Shown here: in pieces, positions 16,723-18,752 of the stretch
How the letters are laid out: each line of letters begins with the position of its first letter
Numbering within the stretch: position 1 is the first letter of the stretch
NCBI GenBank assembly: GCA_027251445.1
Contig: JAPNQO010000040.1
Span: forward strand, 1-18,752
Direction: 5' to 3'
Source: Fidelibacterota bacterium
GTDB taxonomy: Bacteria; Fidelibacterota; Marinisomatia; Marinisomatales; TCS55
Length of the DNA: 18,752 nucleotides
The notes under the pieces: generated by a model
Database searches by the model: none
What the model was told of the DNA's origin: nothing
The model's input: only the letters and a program-made list of their open reading frames with translations
Program-made: the position numbers and the translations under genes

Positions 16723-17116
16723 TATTAATAAACATAATATATCCCTTGGGCTGTTTGATGATAAAACAGGATTTAGTTTTATTGGCTATACCTATGATAT
16801 TAGACAGACAGAAATGGATGAGTTTTTTATAGGTGGTGGGACTATGATAGTTGCATTTACAGGCTCTGTAGGATGGAAACATTATTATAAAAAATCGAAG
16901 TTTTCTTTTTATTCTGTATTGTCAGGCCAAGGGGTTATGCATATGGGATTTTCTGGTTTTATGCCAACTGCTTCGTTTGCATTAGAATATAATTTATCAA
17001 AGAGGACTCAAGTAAAAATTGGTGGCATGGGATTGATGCTACTGGGTGGTACTTCGGGTGAAGATGGTGGTGACACTGGTGTTTTGCCTTTTGTTGGTTT
17101 GAATTTTCGGTTCTAA
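16673..17116 (+). CDS. Small outer-membrane beta-barrel-like protein
   Basis: Signal peptide, alternating Gly/aromatic strands, C-terminal VGLNFRF beta-signal. Confidence 0.65.
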   Translation: MKRLWVILFVFPLFAQDINKHNISLGLFDDKTGFSFIGYTYDIRQTEMDEFFIGGGTMIVAFTGSVGWKHYYKKSKFSFYSVLSGQGVMHMGFSGFMPTASFALEYNLSKRTQVKIGGMGLMLLGGTSGEDGGDTGVLPFVGLNFRF

Positions 17117-17122
17117 ATCTAA

Positions 17123-17141
17123 ATAAAGCGCCTCTGGTTCA
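17123..17141 (+). repeat. Degenerate signal-peptide repeat relic (ATG changed to ATA)
   Basis: ATAAAGCGCCTCTGGTTCA is 16/19 identical to ATGAAACGCCTCTGGGTCA. Confidence 0.65.
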
Positions 17142-17144
17142 ATC

Positions 17145-17173
17145 AAGCCCTGCATTCGTGGGGTTTTTTGTTT
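17145..17173 (+). terminator. Repeated terminator, copy C
   Basis: AAGCCCTGC-ATTC-GTGGGGTTTTTTGTTT. Confidence 0.8.
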
Positions 17174-17197
17174 GTGGGATGATAGTTAGATTTGGAT

Positions 17198-18076
17198 ATG
17201 ACATTTGAATATAAAAAGTTTACAGCAACTACTTTTCTTTTTTTAATTTTTTCTTGTAGCCATAAAGATGAGTTAATGATAAACGAAGGCGCGTTAACTC
17301 TTAATCATGATGGCATTAATAGAGAATATCTTCTGTATGTCCCTGAAGCGTATGATACAACATTATCATATCCATTGTTATTCAACTTTCATGGATTTGG
17401 AGGCAATGCTACAGATCACATGCATAGTGCTGATTTTAGACCTATAGCTGATACGGCTGATTTCATTTTAGTTTATCCACAGGGTTTAGATTTAGATGAC
17501 GGACAATCGCATTGGAATATTGCAGAAACAGGTGAGGATAACAAAAGTAATGTTGATGATTTTGGATTTATTGAATCCCTTATAGATGAAATATCTTCAG
17601 AGTATAATATCAATCAAAATAAGATCTATGCATGCGGTTATTCAAATGGAGCTGGATTCTCTTTCTCTATAGCTTGTCATTTAAACAAAATTGCAGCAAT
17701 AGCTTCTATTTCTGGTTTAATGGGTGATTGGGCTTTAGAAAACTGCAACCCTCCAAAACCAGTTGGGGTGATGATTCTTCATGGTACATCCGATTCTGCT
17801 AGACCTTATGTTGGTATAGATGAGTATCTATTATCTGTAGATGCGGCAATTCAGTTTTGGACTGATTTTAATAATACTGATTCCATTCCTCATATTACAA
17901 GTTTCAATGATGGTGGTAGTATAGAACATTTCCAATATGATAATGGTGATAATAATTCATCTGTAGAACATTACAAGATTCATAATGGTTATCATATTTG
18001 GTTTAATTTCAGCCAAGAAGGTAAAGAATCCAACCAGTTGATCTGGAATTTTTTATCTAAACATAGTACAGAATAA
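17198..18076 (+). CDS. PHB-depolymerase/LpqC-like alpha/beta hydrolase (esterase)
   Basis: FHGFGG, LVYPQG, VDDFGFI, GYSNG nucleophile, HGTSD, GYHIW; possible lipobox FSCS. Start is TTG 17192 or ATG 17198. Confidence 0.88.
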   Translation: MTFEYKKFTATTFLFLIFSCSHKDELMINEGALTLNHDGINREYLLYVPEAYDTTLSYPLLFNFHGFGGNATDHMHSADFRPIADTADFILVYPQGLDLDDGQSHWNIAETGEDNKSNVDDFGFIESLIDEISSEYNINQNKIYACGYSNGAGFSFSIACHLNKIAAIASISGLMGDWALENCNPPKPVGVMILHGTSDSARPYVGIDEYLLSVDAAIQFWTDFNNTDSIPHITSFNDGGSIEHFQYDNGDNNSSVEHYKIHNGYHIWFNFSQEGKESNQLIWNFLSKHSTE

Positions 18077-18093
18077 AACCTCTTTTACATCTT

Positions 18094-18110
18094 TACTATT
18101 TTGTAATATT
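18094..18110 (+). repeat. Partial promoter-like repeat (3' half), copy 6
   Basis: TACTATTTTGTAATATT is 16/17 identical to copy 1; TAATAT lies 9 nt before the GNAT ATG. Confidence 0.55.
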
Positions 18111-18118
18111 ACAATTAT

Positions 18119-18598
18119 ATGGATATAGTAATTGAAAATGTCAGTTATCAGAACAAAAAAGATGCCCGAATTCTTGAAGCCGTACTGATAAATTGGTTTA
18201 GAAATCCCAAAGAATTAAATCTCGTAGATCCCACTATATCTTATCCGTTTCGTTATAATAAATGGGTTACCCTTAATTATTTGGATCCGGACACACATGT
18301 TTTTGTGATTAAGAAAAACAAATGGGTTATTGGTATAGGAAGTATGAAAGCGATACCAAATACAAAAATAGTAGAAATATTTCATATTTATATTGATTCA
18401 GAATATCGTAGACAAAGCTTGAGTAAAAAAATATTACGTCATCTTGAATCATTGGCTGTAAAAGAAAACGCTGAATTTATGAATGCAAGAATAATGCCAA
18501 AGAATATAATCGCAAATGCATTATTTAAGAGTGAAGGATACATTGAAAAAGAGAAAACCGGTCGAAAAATTAAAATATTTCAAAAAAAGCTTAACTAA
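18119..18598 (+). CDS. GNAT family N-acetyltransferase
   Basis: IYIDSEYRRQSLSKKIL (motif A) and NIIANALFKSEGY (motif B). Confidence 0.85.
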   Translation: MDIVIENVSYQNKKDARILEAVLINWFRNPKELNLVDPTISYPFRYNKWVTLNYLDPDTHVFVIKKNKWVIGIGSMKAIPNTKIVEIFHIYIDSEYRRQSLSKKILRHLESLAVKENAEFMNARIMPKNIIANALFKSEGYIEKEKTGRKIKIFQKKLN

Positions 18599-18615
18599 AT
18601 ATTTATATATTGAAT

Positions 18616-18752
18616 ATGCATAAGTTTTTATCACTAATACTATTAATTGGGTTGGCTATTTTTGGATGTGAGGATAACGATAAATGTATAGATGAATCGA
18701 AGATATCAGATCACTACATTTGTACCGAAGAATATCAACCAGTTTGTGGTTG
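18616..18752 (+). CDS. Kazal-type protease-inhibitor-domain lipoprotein (truncated by window end)
   Basis: MHKFLSLILLIGLAIFGC lipobox; CIDESKI...CTEEYQPVCG(C) Kazal signature. Not in the ORF track. Confidence 0.8.
   Translation, partial: MHKFLSLILLIGLAIFGCEDNDKCIDESKISDHYICTEEYQPVCG

Noticed and set aside
10958..17173. Classical integron (attC/IntI) or tRNA-targeted integrative element
   Set aside because: No tyrosine recombinase in the window, no RYYYAAC...GTTRRRY inverted core pairs, and no duplicated tRNA-Gly 3' end seen.

Overview
AT-rich bacterial window with every credible gene on the + strand. NYPNPFN-type C-terminal sorting domains, many lipoproteins and the overall gene content suggest an FCB-group organism, probably Marinimicrobia/Marinisomatota (inference). 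The left half (1-10.9 kb) holds the end of a probable S74-chaperone fibre gene, two CTD-bearing secreted proteins, tRNA-Ala(GGC), an M1 aminopeptidase, an orphan Pycsar-effector-like membrane gene coupled to a collagen-repeat lipoprotein, SUI1/YciH and an acyltransferase. The ORF track misses two recoding events here. (i) A UshA/5'-nucleotidase-like lipoprotein reads through an in-frame TGA in a C-G-U motif followed by a SECIS-like hairpin, so it is a probable selenoprotein; it is coupled to a rhodanese and a MauE/DoxX gene. (ii) yciH appears to start at AUU behind a perfect AGGAGG. The right half, after tRNA-Gly(GCC), is an accessory region of unrelated genes. These are joined by two families of near-identical repeats: a terminator + 37-bp sigma70-like promoter module, and a 50-bp signal-peptide-coding repeat (MKRLWVILFVxPLFAQ) with degenerate flanking relics. 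Together they look like a gene-cassette array with no recombinase gene in the window.
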